From positions 1-29,720 of the IMG/VR virus record IMGVR_UViG_3300010052_000155: 29,720 nt of DNA; one strand, given 5' to 3'. This DNA comes from a virus (taxonomy: Duplodnaviria; Caudoviricetes). The position numbers and the translations under genes were made by a program. The notes under the pieces are model-generated. The model ran no database searches. It saw only the letters and a program-made list of their open reading frames with translations, and had not been told where the DNA came from. Of the stretch, positions 17,126 through 25,674 are shown one piece after another (position 1 is the stretch's first letter; every line of letters starts with the position of its first letter).

Positions 17126-17916
17126 TGGCGGTTCAAGTAATCCCCGCGTGGGAATCACCTTCGTTCGTCACGGGCGACACGCGATCCGTCGACGTCGTGT
17201 ACCTCGTGTTCGGTTCCGAAGCGGATCCGATCACCGACATTGAGGCGAACGGGTATCTCCTCAGCGGCTCCGATGAGACTTACGACGGCCTCCCGAAGAC
17301 GTCCGCCAAACTGAGCGAACGCCGCGGGGACTTCCTCTACGTCGGAACCGTCACCTATTCCGCGCCGGCGACGGAAGACGATTACGAATACGAGTTCGAC
17401 ACGACGGGCGGGACGACGAAGATCACGCAGTCGATCGCGACGGTCAATTCGTATGCGGCCTCGGGGACGGCTCCCAATTTTCAGGGGGCCATCGGCGTCA
17501 CGAAAGACGGCGTCGAGGGGTGCGAAATCGTCGCGCCGGCCTACGCCTGGCAGGAAACCTACGAGTTCGACAATGCGCTCCTGACCGAATCGTATCGGAA
17601 CGGTCTGGCGGCTCTGACGGGAACCGTCTGTTCCGGATCCTTCCGCGGCTATCCGGCCGGCGAGGTTCGATTCGATGGGGCGACCGGCCGACGGAAGAAC
17701 AGCTCGAAAACGTCGGTCACGTTCAAGTTCACGCAGTCGCCGAATGCGTCGGGGCTGACGATCGGTTCGATCTCCAGCGTGGCAAAAAAGGGCTGGGAAT
17801 ATCTGTGGGTCTTGTATGAGGAATCGAGCGACGAAAACCGGCTCGTGAAACGGCCGGTCGCTGTCTACGTCGAGCAGGTTTATAAGTACGTTTCCTGGAG
17901 CGGGCTGACTCCGTGA
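17125..17916 (+). CDS. Distal tail / tail-tip protein (putative)
   Basis: 263 aa, beta-rich, immediately after the TMP (TAATG overlap). Confidence 0.6.
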   Translation: MAVQVIPAWESPSFVTGDTRSVDVVYLVFGSEADPITDIEANGYLLSGSDETYDGLPKTSAKLSERRGDFLYVGTVTYSAPATEDDYEYEFDTTGGTTKITQSIATVNSYAASGTAPNFQGAIGVTKDGVEGCEIVAPAYAWQETYEFDNALLTESYRNGLAALTGTVCSGSFRGYPAGEVRFDGATGRRKNSSKTSVTFKFTQSPNASGLTIGSISSVAKKGWEYLWVLYEESSDENRLVKRPVAVYVEQVYKYVSWSGLTP

Positions 17917-18923
17917 GCAAGCTATCGAAGGCAATCCCCGGGCAGGTCGGCAAGGTCCGCGGCGATGCTTACAACGCGCTGATCGACACTCACAACCGGG
18001 TCGCGAACGGGACGCCGTCGGGCGTCTCGCCGGCGATGGGATTCACGTTCGATCCGTCGATCGTGCGGATGAAGAACACGACGGCGAGCGCGGTCGCCCG
18101 TTGGGGCGTCTTGTCCTGTAACGGGCCAGTGGTCCCGCCGGCGACGAGCGCCGCCTCGTTTCAGCAACAGGTTTGGTTGAACGGGGCCGCGCCGGCAAAG
18201 AACAAACGGGCGTTCGTGGCGCTCGAGCCGGTCGCCGCCGGCAAGCATGGTTTTTTCATGGCGCCGGGCTGCGTCGTCCCGGTGAAGATCGAGAAGGAAG
18301 AGGACATCACTTACAAGATCGCGCGGACTTCGACGCTGACGTCGAAGCTGGACGCGATCGAGGAATCGGACGTCGGGTCGGACGACCGGACCGTCGAAAT
18401 CCTGTGGCACGAAACCGGGACCGGCGAGAAATGGGCCCTCGTGTTGATGCCTGGGAGGCAGTCGCCCGGACTCACAGTCCTCGGCCCCTGTGCGTCCTAC
18501 ACTCCGGCGGTCGAGCTGGACGATACCGACTTCGACGTCGTGTTCCCGGGCGGCTGCCTGGGGCCTTCGCGGTACGGCCTCAACTATCGAAACCTGATCA
18601 CGGGAACGGCGACGTTCATTCCCCTCGAGCTGGAAGATCCGGAAGCTGAAACGCTCAAGTTCAGTTCCGACACGTTCTCCCATGCGTGCGTGGCCGGCTC
18701 GATTGATGTTTACGTCGATCTCGAAATCCCGTCTCTTGCCCGCGACGCGGTGAAACTGTTCGTCCGGAAAGACTCAGACGATTCGCTCCTCGCCAACTTC
18801 CGAAACTCGATTTTCTCGTGGTTCGCGATGCAGGCGGGCTATCTGCAGTTCGGTCCGGACGCGGGAACCTGCGCTTGTCCGACCTTCCCCTACGAAATCT
18901 GCCTTTCTGTTCCGACTCGGTGA
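17913..18923 (+). CDS. Tail-tip / baseplate-associated protein (putative)
   Basis: 336 aa, GTGA-coupled, beta-rich, 8 Cys. Confidence 0.55.
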   Translation: MSKLSKAIPGQVGKVRGDAYNALIDTHNRVANGTPSGVSPAMGFTFDPSIVRMKNTTASAVARWGVLSCNGPVVPPATSAASFQQQVWLNGAAPAKNKRAFVALEPVAAGKHGFFMAPGCVVPVKIEKEEDITYKIARTSTLTSKLDAIEESDVGSDDRTVEILWHETGTGEKWALVLMPGRQSPGLTVLGPCASYTPAVELDDTDFDVVFPGGCLGPSRYGLNYRNLITGTATFIPLELEDPEAETLKFSSDTFSHACVAGSIDVYVDLEIPSLARDAVKLFVRKDSDDSLLANFRNSIFSWFAMQAGYLQFGPDAGTCACPTFPYEICLSVPTR

Positions 18924-18926
18924 GTG

Positions 18927-20651
18927 ATGGCCGGCCCGGCGTTCCCGCTCAAACAGACCGTTCCGGCTTGTTCGGATCCCGCTCCCTCGGAAGCCGACGG
19001 AACGGAGCTCGATCGCGGAAACGTCGAAGTCAACGACGATTGTTGCCGGCGCTTCGCTCCGCGGCTGCAGGTGACAGTCAACGGGACGGCGCGGACGCTT
19101 TTCCTTGAGTCGGACGTGCCGACATGCTCCAAGACGGGGACGGGGGAAAAGATCTACTCGAGCGACTCCTATTCGCTCTGCGCAGGCGCGGCCGGCAAGC
19201 AATGGACGATCTCGTTTCCGTGCCCGACGTGCCCGTGTGGCGGGTTCCCGCCGGAAGGCGTTTGGGTCGGCGGGAACGTGTCGTTCAACGTGTCGGGTCC
19301 GATTTCCGGCCTGGCTGCCTCTACGGTCGACCTCGAAAACCAGTCGGTTTTTGAGGGGCTTTCGGCGCAGCTGTTCCGCGATTCGCTGTTGGCGATGGGC
19401 TTCACGGCCGATCAGTTTTCGGTGACTCCGGTTTGGTCTCCGACGCGGCGGTATCTCATCAACTTTGCGAACGCGACGGCTCCGTCGTCGCTGAGTCTGG
19501 ACGAATCGACGCTGAACGACTCGGCGGCGTTTCGGACGTGTGACGCGTCGCTGACAGGGCCGGTCTCCGGCCGGGTGCGGGTCGATGCGTATTTGCGGGC
19601 GGCCTGGGCGAGCTGCTCGAGGGCCGGAATGGTCGTCGAGGTTCGGGCGGTGTCCGGCGACGCGGTCATCGCCGAATACGGGAACGATCACTACGCCGTG
19701 AAACACGGGATGCGGGCGAACCTCGCGAGGCGCTGGGCCCTGGGGGAATGCAGTCATCCCTGCGCGGGGCTGCAGACGCCGGCCCAAATCCGCGCGCAGC
19801 ATGAACCGGCGTTGTGCGTTCAGGCTGTTCTCGCGCAAACGAAGTGCCTCGCCGGCCTGCAGGATCTCGACGTTCTCGCGACGTTCTCGAGCGACGGCGC
19901 CGGCCTGGGGACGATCGCCGACGGGTTCGTCGGTCACAATCAGCAGTCGACGGCGTCGTTCCTGGCTCCGGGCAGTTCTTCCGGAAGCGTGACGGCGCTC
20001 GGCGGTTCGGTGTCCGTCGACATTGTCGGTTGGGCCCGGCGATCCGGCGGCTCGTGGGTCGCGGCTCGGCTCGTGGCGACGTTCACGGCCGGCAATGGTC
20101 AACCGCATTGCCTGATTCGGGCGTGTGGCTGGCGGTTCAATTCGACGACGGGGAAGTTTGAATCGTCGACTCAGGCGAACGGATCGGCGACTCAGAACGC
20201 CCCGCCGGCGGCCGGGCTTTCATGGCCGGCCTTTCCCGGGAATCCGCAGAGCGTGAACGCGCTTCGATTCGTCGAGAACGCGGCCAATGTTTATTGGACG
20301 ATCACCGGGGGGAGCTGCACGCTGGCGGATCCTGTGACGGGGCTCGCGATTCCGGCGCTGACGATCACCGGAAAGACGTTCGGGGCCGCGACGGTGAATC
20401 ATGGGACCGTTCTTCTCTCCGGCCGGTACGGGTGGGAAGCCGACGCGCTCCCTTCGATCTGTGACGGCGTGTCTTGGCTCAAATCCGATGAGACGTTCGC
20501 CCTCGATTTCTTCGTGTCCGGCTTCCTGTATGAGTTCCGGAGCAATGTGACCGCGACCGGGTGGGCTCCTGGCTCGTGGAACGTGACCGACTTCCTTCCC
20601 GGCTCGTTGGAGACAAGCAACGGAACCGGAAACTCCTATGAGGCGAGTTGA
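18927..20651 (+). CDS. Cys-rich tail-associated / receptor-binding protein (putative)
   Basis: ~574 aa, 18 Cys including CC and CPTCPC; Gly/Ser/Thr/Asn-rich beta C-terminal half. Confidence 0.55.
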   Translation: MAGPAFPLKQTVPACSDPAPSEADGTELDRGNVEVNDDCCRRFAPRLQVTVNGTARTLFLESDVPTCSKTGTGEKIYSSDSYSLCAGAAGKQWTISFPCPTCPCGGFPPEGVWVGGNVSFNVSGPISGLAASTVDLENQSVFEGLSAQLFRDSLLAMGFTADQFSVTPVWSPTRRYLINFANATAPSSLSLDESTLNDSAAFRTCDASLTGPVSGRVRVDAYLRAAWASCSRAGMVVEVRAVSGDAVIAEYGNDHYAVKHGMRANLARRWALGECSHPCAGLQTPAQIRAQHEPALCVQAVLAQTKCLAGLQDLDVLATFSSDGAGLGTIADGFVGHNQQSTASFLAPGSSSGSVTALGGSVSVDIVGWARRSGGSWVAARLVATFTAGNGQPHCLIRACGWRFNSTTGKFESSTQANGSATQNAPPAAGLSWPAFPGNPQSVNALRFVENAANVYWTITGGSCTLADPVTGLAIPALTITGKTFGAATVNHGTVLLSGRYGWEADALPSICDGVSWLKSDETFALDFFVSGFLYEFRSNVTATGWAPGSWNVTDFLPGSLETSNGTGNSYEAS

Positions 20652-21166
20652 TGGCCGATCATCCCGATAGCGCTCATTTTCCGGCTTGCCCGTTCGCCGG
20701 CCGATTGCGGGCCTCGTGTGGCGATCGCTTTTGCCGGGATCCGGAGAAGCCGAAACAGGTCGTTCGCCTGGCTGATTGCCTGGCGTGTCCGCTGGCCGGA
20801 TCCGTCTCGCCGGCGCCGCCCCGGCGTCCTCGAGTCGGCGACGTGTTCGCGGAGCTGCTCGCCGCGAAGTATGGGGCGGCCGTCACGTCGAAATGCGATT
20901 GCGGCGACAAGATCGCGCAAATGAACAATTGGGGCCCGGCCGGCTGCCGTGAGAACCTCGAGACAATCGTCGGCTGGATCATCGAGAGCGCGGCGATCGC
21001 GGATTCAGAAGCCGCGGAAGATCCCGAAACGAAGGGCGGCGGGGCTGGCCGTGCGTTGCGGGCGATCGCTCCGGACGCTGCGAAGCGGTGGAAGCTGCGT
21101 CCCTTGGTCGGGAAGGCAATCCGGATCGTGGAAGAATGGAACCCGGAAGCGATCAGCGCGGCGTGA
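20651..21166 (+). CDS. Cys-rich hypothetical protein
   Basis: ~171 aa, 8 Cys (CLAC, CDC, WGPAGCREN); last gene of the rightward block. Confidence 0.65.
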   Translation: MADHPDSAHFPACPFAGRLRASCGDRFCRDPEKPKQVVRLADCLACPLAGSVSPAPPRRPRVGDVFAELLAAKYGAAVTSKCDCGDKIAQMNNWGPAGCRENLETIVGWIIESAAIADSEAAEDPETKGGGAGRALRAIAPDAAKRWKLRPLVGKAIRIVEEWNPEAISAA

Positions 21167-21437
21167 CCGGCTTTCCCTCGAGGGCGGCGTCGAACGGCGA
21201 GTCGGCCGGCCGGTCGGGGTTGTAGTTCGTGTGAACCGGGATCCATTCGAAGCGGTTCCCGATGGTTCCGGCGGTCCAACGTCCATGGCCGTTGTTGACC
21301 GCGTCACGCTGAAACGTGGCGGTCGCGTTGTCCCATCCTTTCCGGTAGCTCGTGGTGGCGACGCGGTCGAATCGGGCGGTTCCGCCGACGGCGAGTCCGG
21401 CGGCGATCAGGACAACGGAGAGAACGAATCGCTTCAT
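21153..21437 (-). CDS. Small exported or membrane-anchored protein
   Basis: 94 aa; MKRFVLSVVLIAAGLAVGG signal-like N-terminus. Confidence 0.65.
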   Translation of the reverse strand: MKRFVLSVVLIAAGLAVGGTARFDRVATTSYRKGWDNATATFQRDAVNNGHGRWTAGTIGNRFEWIPVHTNYNPDRPADSPFDAALEGKPVTPR

Positions 21438-21490
21438 GGTGGGTCTTTCAAAGAGGGTCGCTTCGCGAACGCGATCCGGTCTCGAGAAGT

Positions 21491-21661
21491 TCAGGAAATC
21501 GGTTCGTATTTGACGATGGAAAATTCAGGGCAACGGCAGTGCGGGCATGGGTGGACGATCGGTTTCGTCCTGGTCCGCCGGCATCGGTTGCACTCGATTT
21601 CGGCGACCGTGTAGGCGGGGTCGTCGAGTTTCGAGACGGGCTTTTTCGGCTTCGGTTTCAT
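21491..21661 (-). CDS. 56-aa Zn-ribbon mini-protein
   Basis: Below the ORF-track cut-off; hand translation MKPKPKKPVSKLDDPAYTVAEIECNRCRRTRTKPIVHPCPHCRCPEFSIVKYEPIS with CNRC and CPHC. Confidence 0.65.
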   Translation of the reverse strand: MKPKPKKPVSKLDDPAYTVAEIECNRCRRTRTKPIVHPCPHCRCPEFSIVKYEPIS

Positions 21662-21675
21662 GAGTGGGTAACGGT

Positions 21676-22064
21676 TGATTCCCCTGCGGTTCAGCGACGA
21701 TTCCCGCCTGTTGGATCGCCGCCATAGTCGAGCGCGTCGACATAGTCGTCGTCGAAGTCATCGTCATTGACCTCAACTTCGACCTCTTCTCCGACGCCGG
21801 CGCTGTAGACGTAGGTCATTTCCGCCTCGACGGTGAAACGCTGGGTTGAGTACCCGAGCGGATCGACGACGAACACGATGCGGCTCTGAACGAAGTCGCC
21901 TTCAGCGTTCGCATCGCTGGCGTACCTCTCTGCCGCCTCTTCGTGGTCCGTCGCCCGGATGGTTACGGCGTCGTCGCGGCCTCGGCCGCAGTCGTCCCAA
22001 CAGATGTACTCCAGCGGCATGGTGGTTCCTCCGGTGTGTAAGTAATGAGTGATTCCCCTGCGGT
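21676..22064. repeat. 15-bp exact direct repeat TGATTCCCCTGCGGT (21676-21690 and 22050-22064)
   Basis: Each copy abuts the stop codon of a minus-strand gene; together they flank 21691-22020. Confidence 0.85.
21691..22020 (-). CDS. Acidic hypothetical protein (109 aa)
   Basis: SD GGAGG; A.D.EEAA..Y motif common in small phage early proteins; Asp-rich tail. Confidence 0.75.
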   Translation of the reverse strand: MPLEYICWDDCGRGRDDAVTIRATDHEEAAERYASDANAEGDFVQSRIVFVVDPLGYSTQRFTVEAEMTYVYSAGVGEEVEVEVNDDDFDDDYVDALDYGGDPTGGNRR

Positions 22065-22270
22065 CAGACGGCTTCGACGGACTTCAGCGTGAAGCCACGG
22101 ACCGGCAGCAGGTTCTCGCGCTGCGCTTCGTCCCAATGGCGGCGGACTTCGGCTTCGTCTTTCGCCTCGACCGTCCAGTGACGGGTTCCGTAGGGCATGT
22201 TCGGCAGGTTTGGGTGGAAGATCCGGTCGAGAGGAACCGGGTTCTCAGCGGTGACTTTGAACTGCGGCAT
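22064..22270 (-). CDS. Hypothetical protein (68 aa)
   Basis: SD GAGG before ATG 22270; VEAKDEAEV motif. Confidence 0.7.
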   Translation of the reverse strand: MPQFKVTAENPVPLDRIFHPNLPNMPYGTRHWTVEAKDEAEVRRHWDEAQRENLLPVRGFTLKSVEAV

Positions 22271-22315
22271 GGTTCGCCTCATGGTTGATGGGGTAATTGC
22301 GTGTTCCCCGGCCGC

Positions 22316-22576
22316 TCACGGTGCGTCCGGCCATACGTCGCGCTTGTGGCGCAACAGCATCTGGATCATCCGATCGACGGCCGCCGGCGATTTGAGACGC
22401 ATGACGATGTCGTGTTGATGGCTGGCGGGACGGATCGAAATGGCGACGGCCGTTGCCGGGCCCGTCCCGTCGGGCGTTGGACACCAGCTTCCGACCGTGA
22501 ATGACTCGATATCGGGGCCATAGAGCGGAGTGCCGCCCCTCGTTGACGGTGGCAGCCTCTTGCGATTCTGACTCAC
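22316..22576 (-). CDS. Hypothetical protein (86 aa)
   Basis: GTG 22576 overlaps the upstream stop (GTGA); globular C-terminal part of the 147-aa track ORF. Confidence 0.6.
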   Translation of the reverse strand: MSQNRKRLPPSTRGGTPLYGPDIESFTVGSWCPTPDGTGPATAVAISIRPASHQHDIVMRLKSPAAVDRMIQMLLRHKRDVWPDAP

Positions 22577-22890
22577 GATTCGTGCGTCCTTTCGAGGGCC
22601 TTCAGGGCTTTCCGCAGCAGGTCGACGCACTCTCCATGGTCGCCGCGGAACACGAGGTAATTCAGCGGGGACGGCGTATCGCCGCCGCCGATACTGATTC
22701 GCAAAATGCCGTGTTCGTCCGGTGGAAGCTGGCGGACGTAGACGCCGTTCCATTTCCACTGGTCGAGGATCTGCTCGTCTGGCTTCCCTGCGGTGATTTG
22801 AGACTCTCCGGCCGCCTGCATCTTCTCGGCCTTGTCCTCAAGCGACTTGATCCAAGGGCGGTACGCGTCTCGGTCTCTGTGGGTCTGCAT
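22573..22890 (-). CDS. Hypothetical protein (105 aa)
   Basis: SD AGGAGG; globular composition. Confidence 0.7.
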   Translation of the reverse strand: MQTHRDRDAYRPWIKSLEDKAEKMQAAGESQITAGKPDEQILDQWKWNGVYVRQLPPDEHGILRISIGGGDTPSPLNYLVFRGDHGECVDLLRKALKALERTHES

Positions 22891-22933
22891 AGTCTTCCTC
22901 CTGATGGTTGGGTAATGGTTCGTTCCCCGCCGA

Positions 22934-23137
22934 TCATGGTTTGATCAGCGGTTCGAGGTTGCTTTCGTCGGTGTGAAGGATCCCGGCGACGGAATCGACC
23001 GGGAATTCGGCAACGCGTTTCCCGTTCTTGTCGTTCACGTTGAGCCAGACGGGCGAGCCGTTCGGGTGGTCAATGCGTTCGAAGGTCGCGGCTTCACTCA
23101 GGACGGCGACGGCGCCGCATTTCAGGACTATCTGCAT
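22934..23137 (-). CDS. Hypothetical protein (67 aa, beta-rich)
   Basis: ATG 23137 with GGAG SD, overlapping the end of the initiator gene. Confidence 0.6.
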   Translation of the reverse strand: MQIVLKCGAVAVLSEAATFERIDHPNGSPVWLNVNDKNGKRVAEFPVDSVAGILHTDESNLEPLIKP

Positions 23138-24162
23138 CGGTTCGGGTCTCCCTCGAGGGCCGCCAGCAATCGCCGCCGCAACACGCGGCCGATTCCATGC
23201 CGGCGAAAGCGTTTGAGCTCCAACGGCTCCAAGGTCCGCCGGGCGAGCGCCTCGAGGGCGTCCGCCGGCATTGCGTCCAGTTCTCTCCCGAAACTTCGCT
23301 CCAGACGCTCCAGCTCCGCGGCTGACGCGTTCCGGGCCTTCTCCGCGTCCTCGGCCTCGGCCGCTCTCCTGGCGGCCTCCTGTGCGTTCTGTGCGGCGAT
23401 TTGGGCCGACACGGACCGGGCGGGCCATCCACGATCGACCGGAAGGTCCGGCCGTGCGTTCTGAAGCCTTCGGACCAGCGCCCCGGGGCCCCATCCGTTC
23501 GGCGGGCCCTGGGTGCGGAAATAATCGATCAGCTCGAGGATGGTCCCTTCGCTGATCGTGGCTCGAGCCGCGGCAAGGGCTGCCGTCGGCCATTCAATCC
23601 CGATCGAAACAAGAACCGCCGCCGCCTCGTCGGATTTGGGCCCGGCGGGTTTGGGGGTAGGGGGTGGCGGTTCTTTTTGCGCTTCTTGAAGAGGACAGGT
23701 TTCCACTCGTGGCGGGTGGGGTCTGCTCTCGTGGCGGCTGGCAACCGCCATGGTGGCGGGTGGGGTCTCCCTCTTTGGCGGCTGTGGATCCGCGAAATCG
23801 GAAAGGCTTTCGAGATTGCTCCAGACGATCCAGCGGTGAAAAACCCGCCTGGGCCGCCGGCGCCCGTCGGAATCGAGTTCCTCTTCCTCCTCAACGATCG
23901 CGAGAACGTCGCGCAGGACGGCGATCGCCCGTTCGGCGACGCGCTCGCTGCAGCTTGCTCTCTGAGCGATGAGGGCGATTGAAGCGAAACAGGTTCCGCC
24001 CTGGCGGGCGAAACCGTCGATCACGCGGAGAACGCCTTTCAGGACGACACCGGAAACCGACGAGCCGCGTTCGGCCCGGTAGGACCGGGCGAAAACGGCG
24101 TCGTCGATCAAACGGAGCTGCGTCCCCCGCGTGAAATTGAGGGTCTGTTGTCGAGCATCCAT
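23128..24162 (-). CDS. Replication initiator (winged-HTH, lambda O-like organisation)
   Basis: CFASIALIAQRASCSERVAERAIAVL is the typical HTH_36-like motif; Pro-rich central linker carrying iterons. Confidence 0.75.
   Translation of the reverse strand: MDARQQTLNFTRGTQLRLIDDAVFARSYRAERGSSVSGVVLKGVLRVIDGFARQGGTCFASIALIAQRASCSERVAERAIAVLRDVLAIVEEEEELDSDGRRRPRRVFHRWIVWSNLESLSDFADPQPPKRETPPATMAVASRHESRPHPPRVETCPLQEAQKEPPPPTPKPAGPKSDEAAAVLVSIGIEWPTAALAAARATISEGTILELIDYFRTQGPPNGWGPGALVRRLQNARPDLPVDRGWPARSVSAQIAAQNAQEAARRAAEAEDAEKARNASAAELERLERSFGRELDAMPADALEALARRTLEPLELKRFRRHGIGRVLRRRLLAALEGDPNRCR
23706..23793. repeat. Four 22-bp-period iterons (putative replication origin)
   Basis: Core (G/T)TGGCGG(G/C)TG at 23709, 23731, 23753 and 23775; GTGGCGGGTGGGGTCT exact at 23709 and 23753; T-rich patch at 23671-23690. 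Confidence 0.75.
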
Positions 24163-24174
24163 GCGAAGCTCGCG

Positions 24175-24402
24175 TCATGCGGCCGGCGTGGGTGTGACCG
24201 GCAACGTCGGTCGCGGTTCCCTGGGCTCCTTCTTCGTGGCCTCGGGTCTCTCGATGGCGAAAGACGGCGGGGCGGCAATCCCAAGCCTCGCCGCGCTCTT
24301 ACCCACCCTGATCATGTCGATATTGATGATGGTCCCGGCGGGGATCGCCTCTTTCGCAATGATCTGGGTTCGCTCGCCCTTCTCACGTTTCAAAACAAGC
24401 AT
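24175..24402 (-). CDS. csrA: Carbon storage regulator CsrA/RsmA-family RNA-binding protein
   Basis: 75 aa from ATG 24402 (SD GGAGG): MLVLKREKGER...ARLGIAAPPSFAIERPE matches MLxLxRxxGE...VRxGIxAPxxVxxxRxE, keeping the R44-equivalent Arg. Confidence 0.85.
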   Translation of the reverse strand: MLVLKREKGERTQIIAKEAIPAGTIINIDMIRVGKSAARLGIAAPPSFAIERPEATKKEPREPRPTLPVTPTPAA

Positions 24403-24499
24403 CTTGCATGACCTCCATGGAACACGCCGCCGGCGGCTCGGCCGCGGCAACGTGGGAGTTTCAGAGCGCTCCGCGCCCGTCAAGGTTCCTTCCTCAGAC

Positions 24500-25303
24500 T
24501 CACGGCGTTCCGAAAAATATCGGAATGCCGGTCACGTTCTTGGCGAGCAGCTCGGCCAGCGAATCGAGGGATCCCTCGATTGCTTTGTCCAGGTCGTTCC
24601 GCGACGGGATCAGGGTGAACGTCACCCGCTGCGGATCGATCTCGAGCGCGGTCCGGACGGGGAACGTCTGGATCAGCGCCCGATCGTTGATGGGCCGAAT
24701 ATCGAGAGTCAGTTGCTCGGGAATCTTGGTGATGTCAGACGTGATCTGACTGTCGACCTCAGTCCCGATCGACTCGCGGCCTCGCTGCATTTCGACGCGC
24801 GTGTCCGATGAGGACGTCGCGCGAAGGGATGACAGCGCTTCGATCAGCCGGTCGCGAACGTCCATGGCGAGACAATCGCGAAGCGTTGTCCGTAGGACGC
24901 GGACGAACCGTTTCGGATCGAACGCCTTGTCATCGTCCGCCAGTCCGGTCAGGAACGAAAACTCGCGGGTCGGCCGAAACGCGACTTTCGCGCGATGTCG
25001 ACGGGAGTCGTCCTTTCCGTCGTCGAGGACGATCTCGACGCCGTTCCCGTTGAACCACACGGACGGATTAAAACCTCCGTCGGTGGATGACTTCAGGAAC
25101 GTCGCGAGCTGGTCGACACTCAGCAGCGACGGGCTCAAGGTCGGGGACGGCAGGATAATTTCCTCCCGCTCTCCCTCTGCGGAAACAAGCCATCGTTTCC
25201 GCGGCTCGCCGGGGATCTCCAGTAGATGAACCTTGTTGTTGGCTCCGGCGGCCATGACAGCAAGGTTTTTGATCTTGTCGATCGCTTCTGCCAGGAAGCT
25301 CAT
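24500..25303 (-). CDS. YfdQ / DUF2303-like protein
   Basis: 267 aa; L.SVDQL..F, V..VLDD, RA...F..T.EF, F...LR and IPE.LTL.I.P pattern; paired with an upstream ~120-aa gene like yfdP-yfdQ. Confidence 0.6.
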   Translation of the reverse strand: MSFLAEAIDKIKNLAVMAAGANNKVHLLEIPGEPRKRWLVSAEGEREEIILPSPTLSPSLLSVDQLATFLKSSTDGGFNPSVWFNGNGVEIVLDDGKDDSRRHRAKVAFRPTREFSFLTGLADDDKAFDPKRFVRVLRTTLRDCLAMDVRDRLIEALSSLRATSSSDTRVEMQRGRESIGTEVDSQITSDITKIPEQLTLDIRPINDRALIQTFPVRTALEIDPQRVTFTLIPSRNDLDKAIEGSLDSLAELLAKNVTGIPIFFGTP

Positions 25304-25674
25304 AGTTCGTCGTCATCCTCTCTTTCTTCCTCGCCGCCGAACGGCAGCGGGGCCTGATCAAGTTTGTCCGGAAAGTCCGAGTTGAACTTGAAGCCGGCTT
25401 TGCCGACTCGCATTTCGTATTTCCGGCTCTTGTAGGTGGGGACCGATGATTTGCACTCGATGCGGACGTCGGCCCGCTCGAGGATCTGCTCGTCGTCATC
25501 CGGCGCGGGCGTGATCGTGAATTCGAGTTTCACTTTCCGCGCCCCCTTCTCGAACGGCCGGGCAACGCAGTCCGCCGCCGATCGTTCAAGATGGAACTTC
25601 AACAGGTTGTTCAACTTTCCTTTGTCGAGGTTCGCCAGATTGCTGAAGTCCAAAAGCACTTCGTTCGTGGGCAT
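25300..25674 (-). CDS. YfdP-like protein
   Basis: 124 aa; L..LD.G.L.......L......C...P....RKV.LEF.I.P...V....KS..P pattern; ATGA-coupled to the DUF2303-like gene. Confidence 0.55.
   Translation of the reverse strand: MPTNEVLLDFSNLANLDKGKLNNLLKFHLERSAADCVARPFEKGARKVKLEFTITPAPDDDEQILERADVRIECKSSVPTYKSRKYEMRVGKAGFKFNSDFPDKLDQAPLPFGGEEEREDDDEL

Noticed and set aside
21676-23793. CRISPR-like or DGR-like repeat systems
   Set aside because: Repeats are two-copy or contiguous iterons without spacers; no cas or reverse transcriptase gene and no adenine-variant TR/VR pair seen in the window.
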